Below, one piece after another: positions 36,010-45,892 of a DNA stretch of 64,000 nt; position 1 is the stretch's first letter; every line of letters starts with the position of its first letter. Source of the DNA: an uncultured bacterium (GTDB taxonomy: Bacteria > Acidobacteriota > Thermoanaerobaculia > Multivoradales > JAHZIX01); the NCBI GenBank assembly GCA_965368975.1, contig CBDUPA010000022.1:32001-96000 (forward strand), read 5' to 3'. The notes beneath the pieces are model-generated. The model was not told the origin of the DNA, made no database searches, and worked only from the letters and a program-made list of their open reading frames with translations. Position numbers and translations under genes: made by a program.

Positions 36010-38028
36010 ATGAGAAACCTTCGAGCGCGTTGCTTCCTCGCCCTGCTGGGTGCCGTACTTCTCACGCTTCCTGCGCTGGCCCAGCCCGCCCAGTCCTTCG
36101 AGCCTCCCCAGCCCACCCAGGCCAGCCAGTCCCCCCAGGCCAGCCAGCCTACCCAGCCCCTCGACCTCGGCGTCGAAGCCAAGGGCGCTGTCCTCGCCGG
36201 AGCACAGCTGCACCTCACCGTCAGCGCCAGCCGCCCGGCCGAGGTCGAAGTGCTGGTTGACGGCACGCCCAAGGGCACCTTCTCGCTCGCCGCCGGTGCC
36301 AACGACCTGCAGGTCGAGGACGCGCGGCCGAGTGCCGGTGAGCACGAAATCGTCGTGCGATCCGTGGCTTCGGCGGGTGGTAGCACGGAGGCGTTGACCA
36401 CCGTCAGCACCCTGCCCGGCTGGATCTCCATCCTGCCGCCGCTGGTCGCCATCGCGCTGGCGCTGATCTTCAAGGAAGTGCTGGTCGCGCTCTTCGCCGG
36501 GGTGTTTCTGGGCGCACTGGCGCTCTTCGGTTGGGACCCCTTCGCCGCCTTCGGCCGTCTCGTCGACCTCTTCGTCAGTAACGCGCTGGCCGACGGGGAC
36601 CACGCCAAGATCCTGATCTTCTCGACGTTGCTCGGTGGCATGGCGGCCGTCATGAGCCGTAGTGGTGGCACCCGCGGCATCGTCGAGTTGCTGCGACCGC
36701 TGGCCACCAACCCACAACGCGGGCAACTGGCCACCTGGGCGATGGGCGTGATGATCTTCTTCGACGACTACGCCAACACCCTGATCGTCGGCAACACCAT
36801 GCGGCCGGTGACCGACCGCCTCAAGATCAGCCGCGAAAAGCTCGCCTACATCGTCGACTCCACCGCTGCCCCGGTTGCTAGCGTCTTTCCGATCTCCACC
36901 TGGATCGGCTTCGAAGTCGGCCTGATCGCGGGTGCTTTCGCGACGCTCGATCTCAGCTTCGACGCCTACGGGATCTTCCTGGAGTCGATCCCCTACCGCT
37001 TCTATCCCATCCTGGCGCTCGTGCTCGGCTTCACCATCGCCGCCAGCCGTCGTGACTTCGGTCCCATGCTGCACGCCGAGCGTCGTGCCGCCCGGCACGG
37101 CAAGGTGATCGGCGACGGTGACACGCCCTTGGCCTCCTACAGCGGTGACGTCTTGGAGCCACCCGACGGCAAGCCCCACCTGGCGCGCAACGCCTTGGTG
37201 CCGATCCTCACCGTCATCGGCGTCACCCTGCTCGGCCTCTATCGCACCGGCGCCGCCGCGCTCGATCCGGCCGACTACGCCGACAAGAGCACCTTCCGCT
37301 GGGTCAGTGATGTTTTCTCCAACTCCAGCAGCTACGATGTCCTGCTGTGGGCCAGCCTGAGCGGCGCCCTGGTGGCATTGCTGCTGCCGCTGTTCGGCAA
37401 GGTGCTCAGCCTCAAGCAGGGTCTCGACGCGTTGGTCGAAGGCTTCAAGTCGATGTTGCTGGCCGTCGTCGTGCTGCTGCTCGCCTGGTCGATCGGCGAC
37501 GTCTGCGACCAGTTGCACACCGCCGACTTCCTGGTCGACCTCACCCGCGGCGTTCTGTCTCCGGTCGCGCTACCGATCCTCGTCTTCCTGATCTCGGCCG
37601 CCGTCGCCTTCGCCACCGGCACCAGCTGGGCCACCATGAGCATCCTGATCCCGCTGGTGATCCCGATGCTGCACGCGCTGGCCCTCGACGCTGGTTATGT
37701 GGTCGGCGAGGCCGGCTACATGAACCTGCTGCTCGGCACTGTTTCGTCAGTGCTCGCGGGTAGTGTCTGGGGCGATCACTGCTCGCCCATCTCGGACACC
37801 ACCATCCTCTCCAGCATGGGCTCCGGCTGCGACCACATCGCCCATGTCCGAACCCAGCTACCGTATGCCCTCAGCGTCGGCGTGCTCGGCATGCTGATCG
37901 GCGATCTGCCGGCCGCCTTCGGTCTCAGCCCCTGGATCTCACTGCTGATCGGCATCGTGGTGATCGTCGCGGTGGTGCGCATCCTGGGCAAGCCGAGTTC
38001 CGGCGAGAGCGAGCCCGAAGCCGCTTGA
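36010..38028 (+). CDS. NhaC/MleN-family Na+/H+ antiporter-like transporter with extra N-terminal extracytoplasmic domain
   Basis: FFDDYAN, SREKLAYIVDSTAAP, GTSW, GDHCSPISDTT, HVRTQLPY. Confidence 0.88.
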   Translation: MRNLRARCFLALLGAVLLTLPALAQPAQSFEPPQPTQASQSPQASQPTQPLDLGVEAKGAVLAGAQLHLTVSASRPAEVEVLVDGTPKGTFSLAAGANDLQVEDARPSAGEHEIVVRSVASAGGSTEALTTVSTLPGWISILPPLVAIALALIFKEVLVALFAGVFLGALALFGWDPFAAFGRLVDLFVSNALADGDHAKILIFSTLLGGMAAVMSRSGGTRGIVELLRPLATNPQRGQLATWAMGVMIFFDDYANTLIVGNTMRPVTDRLKISREKLAYIVDSTAAPVASVFPISTWIGFEVGLIAGAFATLDLSFDAYGIFLESIPYRFYPILALVLGFTIAASRRDFGPMLHAERRAARHGKVIGDGDTPLASYSGDVLEPPDGKPHLARNALVPILTVIGVTLLGLYRTGAAALDPADYADKSTFRWVSDVFSNSSSYDVLLWASLSGALVALLLPLFGKVLSLKQGLDALVEGFKSMLLAVVVLLLAWSIGDVCDQLHTADFLVDLTRGVLSPVALPILVFLISAAVAFATGTSWATMSILIPLVIPMLHALALDAGYVVGEAGYMNLLLGTVSSVLAGSVWGDHCSPISDTTILSSMGSGCDHIAHVRTQLPYALSVGVLGMLIGDLPAAFGLSPWISLLIGIVVIVAVVRILGKPSSGESEPEAA

Positions 38029-38091
38029 CTGCGGGCTGGACGGATTCTGTCCAGCTCGCTTGCCCATCTTGCCCGTCATTGAGCAGCGCCG

Positions 38092-39009
38092 TCAGGCGGA
38101 GCGGCGGTAGGCGCCGGGCCCGACGCCGTACGTCTTCTTGAACGCGCGGTGGAAGGCGGCTTCACTGTGATACCCCACTGTGGCGGCGATCATGCCCGTA
38201 CTCTGATCGCTACGCAGCAGCTCCCGGGCGTGGCGCATCCGCAGCTGTGTCAGGTACTGCATGGGCGTGGACGTCATGAGTTCGTGGAACTTCATGGCAA
38301 AGGCTGTGCGCGACATCGCGGCTTCTTGGGCCAGTGCCTCGACTGTCCAGGCGTTCCCGGGGTCCTTGTGCATGGCCTGTAGGCCACGGCCGACTTGCGG
38401 GTGCGCGATCGCGGAGAGGACGGGTACCGCGGCACCGGCGTGATCGGCATAGTGACGGATCACCTGGATGAAGAGAATCTCCGACAGGCGGCGGGAGATG
38501 GCGTTCGAACCAGGTCGCCCAGAGCCAGCCTCTTGGCTGATGAAGCGCGTCAGGTTGTCGATCCAGCTGAAGTCGTAGCTGGAGGTTGCTCTGACCGTGA
38601 TCAGGCCCGGCAGTGCCTGCAGTAACGGGTGCGTCGCGTCCTTGTCGAATCCAAAGTACCCGCACACCATCCGCGTAGCCGGACCTTCGCCTCCCCAACG
38701 CAAGCAGCCGTCGTCACTCAGCGTGCCCTCGTCGAGAACCTCTGACAGCGGTCGCGGTGGCGCATCGACATGGGACCTCAGCCAGTGGCCGTTACCGTGA
38801 GGGATCAGAACCAGGTCTCCCTTGCTCAGCACGTCCGTGTCGCCGGTGTCCGGCACGGTGACGTGGCACGGGCCCTGGACGATGACGTGGAAGCGACAGA
38901 CGTTGCTGTCCGCTGGGACGTCGATCGACCAGGGTGCACCATAGACGGTGCAGAAGTAGAGGCTTCCCTGCATTTCGAGGTGGTCGAGAATGTCACTCAG
39001 AACGTCCAT
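38092..39009 (-). CDS. AraC-family regulator with cupin_6 domain
   Basis: MDVLSDIL, FHVIVQG, MSRTAFA...GYHSEAAFHRAFK. Confidence 0.92.
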   Translation of the reverse strand: MDVLSDILDHLEMQGSLYFCTVYGAPWSIDVPADSNVCRFHVIVQGPCHVTVPDTGDTDVLSKGDLVLIPHGNGHWLRSHVDAPPRPLSEVLDEGTLSDDGCLRWGGEGPATRMVCGYFGFDKDATHPLLQALPGLITVRATSSYDFSWIDNLTRFISQEAGSGRPGSNAISRRLSEILFIQVIRHYADHAGAAVPVLSAIAHPQVGRGLQAMHKDPGNAWTVEALAQEAAMSRTAFAMKFHELMTSTPMQYLTQLRMRHARELLRSDQSTGMIAATVGYHSEAAFHRAFKKTYGVGPGAYRRSA

Positions 39010-39196
39010 GGTCGAGATTCTATACCATTCCAATTCGGAGTGAGAAACTGAACGGTGAAGCAAGAATACTGCATTCATGAGCATTCATCATTCTGAATGA
39101 GTGCGGGATAGTTCTCTTCGCCGGGGCCGCACAGGTTCCGGCCCAGAAACCAGGCCGGCTGGTGCTACAGCAGGCCGTTCCAAGGAGAACAGAAGC

Positions 39197-39715
39197 ATGT
39201 CCAAGAACCTCGTCGGATCGTTCATCGTGCTTGTCTTGCTATGTGCGGGTGTCCTGGGTTCCGCCCCGGCCGTCCACGCTGCCGGTCCGCAGCACGCGCT
39301 CAACCTGTCAGCGGGCCTCACCGCCAAAGGAGCGCCACTAGCGCTGCGCGGGTATGACCCCGTCTCGTACTTCGTTCACCAGGAGCCGCAGCTCGGTACC
39401 GCTGACCACTCCGTGCAGTACCAAGGTGCCACCTACCGCTTCGCATCCAGGGAGAACCTGCGCCGCTTCGAGCAGAGCCCTGAGCGCTACTTGCCGCAGT
39501 ACGGCGGCTTCTGTGCCTATGGCGTGTCGGTCGGTGCCAAGTTCGACGGTGATCCCCTCGTCTGGCGGGTGGTCGATGGCAAGCTCTACCTGAACCTCAA
39601 CAACGACATCCAGCAGGCCTGGAATGCTGACGTCGCCGGCGCTATCGGCAAGGCCGACGGCAACTGGCCGAAGATCCGCGACGCTGCGCCGGAAACGCTG
39701 AAGCCACAAGGCTGA
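39197..39715 (+). CDS. Secreted YHS-domain protein
   Basis: GYDPVSYF, YRFAS, PQYGGFCAYG, DGKLYLN; AAGGAG RBS. Confidence 0.88.
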   Translation: MSKNLVGSFIVLVLLCAGVLGSAPAVHAAGPQHALNLSAGLTAKGAPLALRGYDPVSYFVHQEPQLGTADHSVQYQGATYRFASRENLRRFEQSPERYLPQYGGFCAYGVSVGAKFDGDPLVWRVVDGKLYLNLNNDIQQAWNADVAGAIGKADGNWPKIRDAAPETLKPQG

Positions 39716-39727
39716 ATGCCCGCCCCC

Positions 39728-39751
39728 GTGGTGACCTGACCAGGTCACCAC
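39728..39751 (+). terminator. Hairpin between the YHS and M4 peptidase genes
   Basis: GTGGTGACCTG-AC-CAGGTCACCAC followed by TTCCATTTCC. Confidence 0.45.
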
Positions 39752-39814
39752 TTCCATTTCCAAAACATCGACACTTCGAAATACCTGGCTCCTGGTGAGC
39801 CGAAAGGAATCTCT

Positions 39815-42406
39815 ATGTCCGTTCGAAACCTCATTTCAACCTTGGTGCTGGCAACGGGACTGCTGGTGGTCAGCACTGCACCGGCCGCAGAGCGATCTCT
39901 GAGCAAGGAGCCGCCGGCCAGTACCCACGAGATCCTCAGCGAGGACGCCAACGGTGTTCCAACCTTCGTCCGCGGCGCGCTCGGCTTACTGGACCCGGCT
40001 GGTCAGCGCGCCGTCGAAGGCGAGGCCTTCCTACAAGCCTATTCGCAGGAGATGCTCGGCGCGACCGGCATCGAGAGCTACCAGTTGCGTAAGGAAGTGC
40101 AGGACGCCGAAGGCCTCGTTCATCTGCGCTACGACCAGCGCCTGCATGGGTTGCGAGCCGTCGGCGCTCAGCTGATCGTGCACGCGGATGCCGTGACCGG
40201 CGAAGTCTACGCGGTGAACGGCCACTTCGCCTCCTCCGGCGATCAGAGCGCCAACGCCAAGCTCATGGCCACCGATGCCTTGGGCCGTGCGCTCGAGAAG
40301 GCGGGCCTGAGCGGTGGAGAGTTGCAGGGTACGCCCGAGCTGGTCTACGTTCATACGACTTCCAATTCCTGGCGTCTCGCCTGGCGTGGACGCTACCTGT
40401 TCACGTCCGGTACTGAGGCCGAAGGCACCCAGAGTCTGGACGACATCTTCGCCGACGCCTCCAGCGGCGCCCTGCTGGCGATCCACCCACTATTTCACGA
40501 CGTCAAGAGCTGGCAGACTTACCGATCCTTCCGCGAGTCGGCGGATGATTTCCCGGACCCATTCGGTCCCTGGTTGCTGCCGGGGCAGCTGTTGTGCACG
40601 GACGATCAGTCGTGCAGTGACGCTATCGCACAGGCGACGCACGACAACGTCAGTACCTCTTACGACTACTACTACCAGGTGCACGGTCGTGATTCCTACG
40701 ACAATGCTGGTGCCACGATCCGGTTCAGTGTCGGGTTCGGGTTTGACCCGTTTGCTGCTTTCTGGCGTCCAGACTTGCAGCAGGTCGTGTTCGGAGACGG
40801 TGATTCGCCCGTGCACACTCTGTGGAATCCCTTTGGCCTAGCGCTCGATATCGTGGCCCACGAACTGACCCACGCGGTGACCGAGAACGAGTCGGCCTTG
40901 ATCTACTTCGGTGAGTCCGGTGCGCTCAACGAGAGTCTGTCGGACATCTTCGCGGCGAGCATCGAGGCCTGGGACGAAGGTGGCAACCCGACGATCTACC
41001 TCCTGGCTGAGGATGTCTTCACGCCTCCGATCTCCGGAGATGCTCTGCGTTACATGAGTGATCCGGAGCTGGATCGTTTCAACTTCCTCGCCGATCCCGA
41101 GAGCGAGAACTACTCGCGTGACTTCTATCCAGATCGCTTCCAGGGAGCTGGCGACAATGGTGGCGTCCACTTCAACTCCGGCATCTCCAATCTCGCCTTC
41201 TACCTGCTGGCGGAGGGGGGATCCCATCCGCGAGGCAAGAGTGCGGTGCAGGTGCCGGCGTTGTCCATGACCACCGCGGCGCGCATCTTCTACCGTGCCC
41301 AGACCACCTACCTTGCCCCGTCGTCGACCTTCGAGGATGCACGCTTCGCCACGGCCCAGGCAGCCGAAGATCTCTTCGGTACTGGCAGTCCGCAGGTCGA
41401 GGCCGTGCACGACGCCTGGTGTGCCGTCGGTGTTCCCGGATGTGCGACGGATGCCGAGCCCCCGACCGTCAGCTTCCAGGCCAGTTGCACGGGCTTGACC
41501 TGTGCCTTCACCACGGCCCAAACCGGCGGAACTTCCACAGTCACCGGCTTCACTTGGACCTTCCCCGGCGGTGCGACCGCCTCCGGTGCCAACCCGAGCT
41601 TCTTCTTCCCGGGCTACGGCACCTATAGCGTGACCGTCGATGTCGTCGATGCTGCCGGTCAGGCGGGTTCGTCCACCGATACCGTGACGGTGACGCCGCC
41701 GACGGGGACCATCGATCCCAAGATCGGCAACTGGTACAACCCACAGCGCAACGGTAACGGCATTGATGTGTGGCGTACCAGTGACGGTCGCTACGGACTT
41801 GCCTGGTACACCTATGAGGTCGATGGCACACCGATCTGGTACCAGAGTGATGTGGTCGCCAAGACCGCCGTGAGCTGGCAGGCGACACTCAAGCAGGCCA
41901 CGTGGGATGGCACCTCCGCCACCCTGACTGCCGTCGGTTCCGTCCGTCTCGATCTCTCGAATCCCAACGAAGCCTGGTTCTCCTGGACGCTCAATGGCGA
42001 GTCTGGCGGAGAACGCCTTGAGTTCCTTTTCGGCGGTGGTGGTCGCGACGGAGCCTGGTACGCACCGTCAGAACCCGGTTGGGGGATCGAGGTCGCCGAG
42101 CAGAGCGGTACCCTCGGAGCCGCGGTCACCTTCTATGAAGGCGGCCAGCCGCGCTGGGTCAGTGGCAGTGCGGCGGCTGGTTCGGACGTTACGGTGCCGC
42201 TGTCCTGGCGCACCGGCACGGGTCTTTGCCCATCCTGCACCGGCGGGGGCACGACGCCACCGGCGAGTGTACCCGCGGGCAGCGTGCAGCTGCAGATCGC
42301 CGGCAGCGCCTCGACCACCGGTACCGCGACCACGAGCGTCATCACGCCCAGTGGTGCCACCTGGAATCGTGGTCCCGTCGCGATCCAGTTGCTGACCGCG
42401 CCCTGA
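39815..42406 (+). CDS. Secreted M4 (thermolysin-like) metalloprotease with PKD and duplicated C-terminal domain
   Basis: Signal peptide and propeptide, HELTH, NESLSD, GGVHFNSG; PKD (WTFPGG...GTYSVTV); two G.WY.P...G.GI repeats. Confidence 0.9.
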   Translation: MSVRNLISTLVLATGLLVVSTAPAAERSLSKEPPASTHEILSEDANGVPTFVRGALGLLDPAGQRAVEGEAFLQAYSQEMLGATGIESYQLRKEVQDAEGLVHLRYDQRLHGLRAVGAQLIVHADAVTGEVYAVNGHFASSGDQSANAKLMATDALGRALEKAGLSGGELQGTPELVYVHTTSNSWRLAWRGRYLFTSGTEAEGTQSLDDIFADASSGALLAIHPLFHDVKSWQTYRSFRESADDFPDPFGPWLLPGQLLCTDDQSCSDAIAQATHDNVSTSYDYYYQVHGRDSYDNAGATIRFSVGFGFDPFAAFWRPDLQQVVFGDGDSPVHTLWNPFGLALDIVAHELTHAVTENESALIYFGESGALNESLSDIFAASIEAWDEGGNPTIYLLAEDVFTPPISGDALRYMSDPELDRFNFLADPESENYSRDFYPDRFQGAGDNGGVHFNSGISNLAFYLLAEGGSHPRGKSAVQVPALSMTTAARIFYRAQTTYLAPSSTFEDARFATAQAAEDLFGTGSPQVEAVHDAWCAVGVPGCATDAEPPTVSFQASCTGLTCAFTTAQTGGTSTVTGFTWTFPGGATASGANPSFFFPGYGTYSVTVDVVDAAGQAGSSTDTVTVTPPTGTIDPKIGNWYNPQRNGNGIDVWRTSDGRYGLAWYTYEVDGTPIWYQSDVVAKTAVSWQATLKQATWDGTSATLTAVGSVRLDLSNPNEAWFSWTLNGESGGERLEFLFGGGGRDGAWYAPSEPGWGIEVAEQSGTLGAAVTFYEGGQPRWVSGSAAAGSDVTVPLSWRTGTGLCPSCTGGGTTPPASVPAGSVQLQIAGSASTTGTATTSVITPSGATWNRGPVAIQLLTAP

Positions 42407-42583
42407 GTCTCGAACGAAGGCCGGTTGAATTGGGGCGGAGCCCAGGGAGTCCTCTTGCTGGGTTCCGTCCCTACCAGGCGGATTGTCGTGACGGGTCAAA
42501 ACAATGGCGTTGACCGTCAAGACGTGGGCATGGGGTTTCGGCACACTGAGCTTGCTTTCAACAACTCTCGAAAGGAGCAAGCC

Positions 42584-43078
42584 ATGAACCACCCAGACAG
42601 CCGTAACCACCGGAGCCTGGAGGAACGTCGCATGAGACCTCGATCCGTCTTCGTCTACCTTCTACTGGCGGGACTTTTGCTCCTGGGAATCGGGGTCGGT
42701 ATCTTGGTCATGCCCCAGGCCTTCTTTGCCAGCAACGGCATCACCCTTGCCGAGGATCCCAGCCTGCTGTCAGAAGTGCGGGCTCCCGGTGGCATGCTCA
42801 CCGCCTGCGCTCTGGTCCTCCTCTTTGCGGCTTTCCGCCCGGCGCGAGAGGATGTACGACTGCTCGCGCTTCGGCTCACGGTCCTGGTCTACGGTTCCTT
42901 CGGCCTCGCACGCCTGCTCGGCATGGCTCTCGACGGCATTCCCGCCAGCGGTGTCGTTGCAGCAGCCGTGATCGAGTTGGTCGTGGCGGGGCTCGGTTTG
43001 GTGCTGCTGTCTCGGCAGGTCGTCGTCAAAGCTCGCCGCAACGGTACGACCGCGGAGTCAGTCCCGTCCAGCGCTTGA
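42584..43078 (+). CDS. DUF4345-like membrane protein
   Basis: SLLSEVRAPGG, ARLLGMALDGIP; four TMs; AAGGAG RBS. Confidence 0.7.
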   Translation: MNHPDSRNHRSLEERRMRPRSVFVYLLLAGLLLLGIGVGILVMPQAFFASNGITLAEDPSLLSEVRAPGGMLTACALVLLFAAFRPAREDVRLLALRLTVLVYGSFGLARLLGMALDGIPASGVVAAAVIELVVAGLGLVLLSRQVVVKARRNGTTAESVPSSA

Positions 43079-43151
43079 AGCCGAGGTTCCGGGTGCTTTG
43101 CTCTTCGTGCCCCGGCTTCGATAGGTTAGGGGCCAGAATGAGAGGTCGAGC

Positions 43152-43631
43152 GTGAATCCCGGATCCGTGGTTGCACTGGTTCCCTTGGCGGGGATCCTGC
43201 TGATTTCCGGACTCTTGGTCTACGGTCGGCCGCCCCGCGCATGGAAAACCAGTAGCCATGAGCGGTTGATTGTCTGGGCTCTACTCGCCGTCGCGGTGCA
43301 GTGCCTCCACTTCGTCGAGGAGTTCGTGACCGGCTTCTACGTCCACTACCCGCGACTCCTCGGCCTCGACCCGTGGACCCCGTCCTTCTTCGTCGCCTTC
43401 AATCTTGGCTGGATCGCGATTTGGTGCTTGGCCGTGGCAGGCTTGCAGCGAGAGATGCGTGTTGCGCTCGTACCGATCTGGTTCCTGGCACTGGCGTCAG
43501 TAGTCAATGCGGTGGCGCATCCGGGAATGGCGGTGGCGGTTGAGGGGTACTTTCCGGGGTTGTGGACGTCGCCGGTGTGCGGGGTGGTGGGAGTGGTGTT
43601 GGTGCTGCAGCTAAGGGCAGTGGCTGAGTAG
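43152..43631 (+). CDS. HXXEE-domain membrane protein
   Basis: HFVEE, NAVAH, YFPGLWTS. Confidence 0.75.
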   Translation: MNPGSVVALVPLAGILLISGLLVYGRPPRAWKTSSHERLIVWALLAVAVQCLHFVEEFVTGFYVHYPRLLGLDPWTPSFFVAFNLGWIAIWCLAVAGLQREMRVALVPIWFLALASVVNAVAHPGMAVAVEGYFPGLWTSPVCGVVGVVLVLQLRAVAE

Positions 43632-43694
43632 TTACCGGATTGGGATTTCGACGGTCTTTTTTCTGGTCTATAATTTGGTCGAGGAGAGCTATCC

Positions 43695-43961
43695 ATGGTC
43701 ACCAAGCCTTTGTCCGACGTCAAGACGCACTTGCCACAGATTCTCAACGAAGTCGAGTCCTTCGGAGAAGGGATTTTGGTTACCCGCTCGGGTCGACCAG
43801 CAGGTGTCATCTTGTCCGTGGATGAGTACGAGGGATTGATCGAAACGCTGGAGATCCTGTCGGATCCAGAACTCGCGCAGAGTGTCCGCCGAGGCATTGC
43901 GCAGGCCGAAGCGGGCGAGGTGATCTCGCACGAGGATCTGTGGCGTGAGCTGGAGGGTTGA
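43695..43961 (+). CDS. Phd/YefM-family antitoxin
   Basis: LSDVKTHL...ILVTRSGRPAGVILSVDEYE..ETLEILSDP; TATAAT at 43669. Confidence 0.9.
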   Translation: MVTKPLSDVKTHLPQILNEVESFGEGILVTRSGRPAGVILSVDEYEGLIETLEILSDPELAQSVRRGIAQAEAGEVISHEDLWRELEG

Positions 43962-44223
43962 CTATTCGCCAGAGGCGGTTCGAGCCATCCGCAAGCTCGA
44001 TCCACAGATTCGCCGGAGAGTTCGAAAAGGTATAGAACAGCTACAGGTCGAGCCGCTGCGCGGAAAGCCACTACAGTTCGAGTTCAAGGGGCTGCGCTCT
44101 TGGCGAACCGGGGATTTTCGGATTGTGTATTCCGTTCAAGATCATGTGCTTCGAATTTTGATTGTCACGGTGGGGCACCGTCGAGAGGTGTACCAGAAGC
44201 TGCGGACAAAGTTGCGGAGCTAA
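43945..44223 (+). CDS. RelE/ParE-family toxin
   Basis: GKPL...RSWRTGDFRIVY...VGHRREVY; overlaps the antitoxin. Confidence 0.88.
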   Translation: MSWRVDYSPEAVRAIRKLDPQIRRRVRKGIEQLQVEPLRGKPLQFEFKGLRSWRTGDFRIVYSVQDHVLRILIVTVGHRREVYQKLRTKLRS

Positions 44224-44242
44224 GACCGAGGAGATTCTGGTG

Positions 44243-45157
44243 ATGGCGATTCCTACGTATCAAGAGTTGATGCTGCCTCTGTTGCGTCTGTCAGGAGATG
44301 GCAAAGTTCATGGGCTCCGAGACGCAATCATCTGGCTCGCAAACGAGTTCGCGCTTTCTCCGGAAGAGCGTCGACTGCGTCTACCGAGTGGTGAGAAGAC
44401 AGTTCTTGGGAACCGGGCAGGTTGGGCCCGAACCCACCTCAAGAATGCAGGGCTTCTTGCTTATCCTGCTCAAGGTCAGTTGGTAATCACCGATCGTGGC
44501 CGGAAAGTGCTCGCCAAGGATCCGAAGAAAGTCGACAACCAATTACTGAGTCAGTTTCCTGAGTATCGTGCGTTCATGTCTCGCAATTCAGATGTGGACC
44601 CCAATGCAGGTACTTCCGAGGTTACGAGATCTGAGACCCAAACTCCGGAGGAGGAAATGGAGGCTGCATTTCAATCCCTTCGTGAAGGGCTGGCGGCAGA
44701 CTTGCTGCAGGCTGTCAAGGATGGATCTCCAGCGTTCTTCGAGTCTTTGGTTGTCGATCTCTTGGTAAAGATGGGCTACGGCGGAACCCGAAAAGACGCC
44801 GGTGAAGCTATCGGCGGCAATGATGACGAGGGTATCGATGGAACTATCAAGGAGGATCGGCTGGGATTAGATGTCATCTATTTACAAGCTAAGCGTTGGG
44901 AGGGGGCTGTTGGTAGGCCCGAGGTCCAGAAGTTTGCAGGTGCGCTTCAAGGACAGAAAGCCAAGAAGGGTGTCTTCTTGACGACTTCCAGATTCACTCA
45001 AGGGGCTCAGGACTATGTAAGGCACCTGGATTCCAAGATCATTCTGATCGATGGTCGGCGGCTGACGGAGTTGATGATCGACTTCGGAGTTGGAGTAACG
45101 ACTGTCCAGACATACGAGCTCAAGAGCGTCGACTCAGACTACTTCGCGGAAGGTTGA
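44243..45157 (+). CDS. mrr: Mrr type IV (methyl-directed) restriction endonuclease
   Basis: MAIPTYQELMLPLL, NRAGWARTHL, FFESLVVDLL..MGY, GIDG...QAKRW, LIDG. Confidence 0.92.
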   Translation: MAIPTYQELMLPLLRLSGDGKVHGLRDAIIWLANEFALSPEERRLRLPSGEKTVLGNRAGWARTHLKNAGLLAYPAQGQLVITDRGRKVLAKDPKKVDNQLLSQFPEYRAFMSRNSDVDPNAGTSEVTRSETQTPEEEMEAAFQSLREGLAADLLQAVKDGSPAFFESLVVDLLVKMGYGGTRKDAGEAIGGNDDEGIDGTIKEDRLGLDVIYLQAKRWEGAVGRPEVQKFAGALQGQKAKKGVFLTTSRFTQGAQDYVRHLDSKIILIDGRRLTELMIDFGVGVTTVQTYELKSVDSDYFAEG

Positions 45158-45238
45158 GCAGGCTTAAAGAAGGCTGCGATGACAGTACATATCCGTGGTT
45201 AGAGTTTCTGAGAGACTGGATGTTGGAAGGGAGAGATT

Positions 45239-45871
45239 ATGGGCAAGAACAAAGCTGAGAATGAGACTGAGCGACTGGGTGGGTATTGCATTCATTGCGA
45301 AAGCCCGTCGTCATTCTTTCTTTATCGTAGCGACCATTTTGATTTGCGTGGAGTTCCTTATGTGTACCGGTTTGCATCATGTGATAGGTGCAGCGGTCCT
45401 GCCGTTTTCTGGGCTGAGCACGCTGAGGGCTACGATGAAGAGGATCTAGCGCTCCATCGTGTTTTTCCTCGGCACCGGGCTTCTCTGGCATGCGCGCTTC
45501 CTAAGATTGCAGAGCAGTCCTTCAACGAAGCTATGCGCTGTGAAGAAGCCAAGGCGTGGCTAGCTGCGGTGGTTATGGTAGGTAGGACTCTTGAAGCTGT
45601 GTGTCAAGAGCACTTTTCGCAGGAGAAGGGGCTTACTATCTTCAAGGGTATTGAGCTTCTATTCAAGGAAGGTCTGATCAGTGAGCAATTGAAGTCTTGG
45701 GCTGATGAACTGCGCATCCTTCGAAACATCGGGGCTCATGCAACAGATGTTGATGTTGATGAGAAGGATGCTAAAGAAGCAATCGATTTCCTTAGAGCGA
45801 TTCTGGAAAATCTGTATGATTTGACCCCGAAATTTGAAAGCTTCAAGGCTAGACGAGCGATAGCTAAGTGA
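45239..45871 (+). CDS. DUF4145 (HEPN-like) protein with N-terminal Zn ribbon
   Basis: CIHC...CDRC; GRTLEAVC, LRILRNIGAH (Rx4H); AT-rich codon usage. Confidence 0.75.
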   Translation: MGKNKAENETERLGGYCIHCESPSSFFLYRSDHFDLRGVPYVYRFASCDRCSGPAVFWAEHAEGYDEEDLALHRVFPRHRASLACALPKIAEQSFNEAMRCEEAKAWLAAVVMVGRTLEAVCQEHFSQEKGLTIFKGIELLFKEGLISEQLKSWADELRILRNIGAHATDVDVDEKDAKEAIDFLRAILENLYDLTPKFESFKARRAIAK

Positions 45872-45892
45872 GGGGTTCAGCGGAGCTATCCC

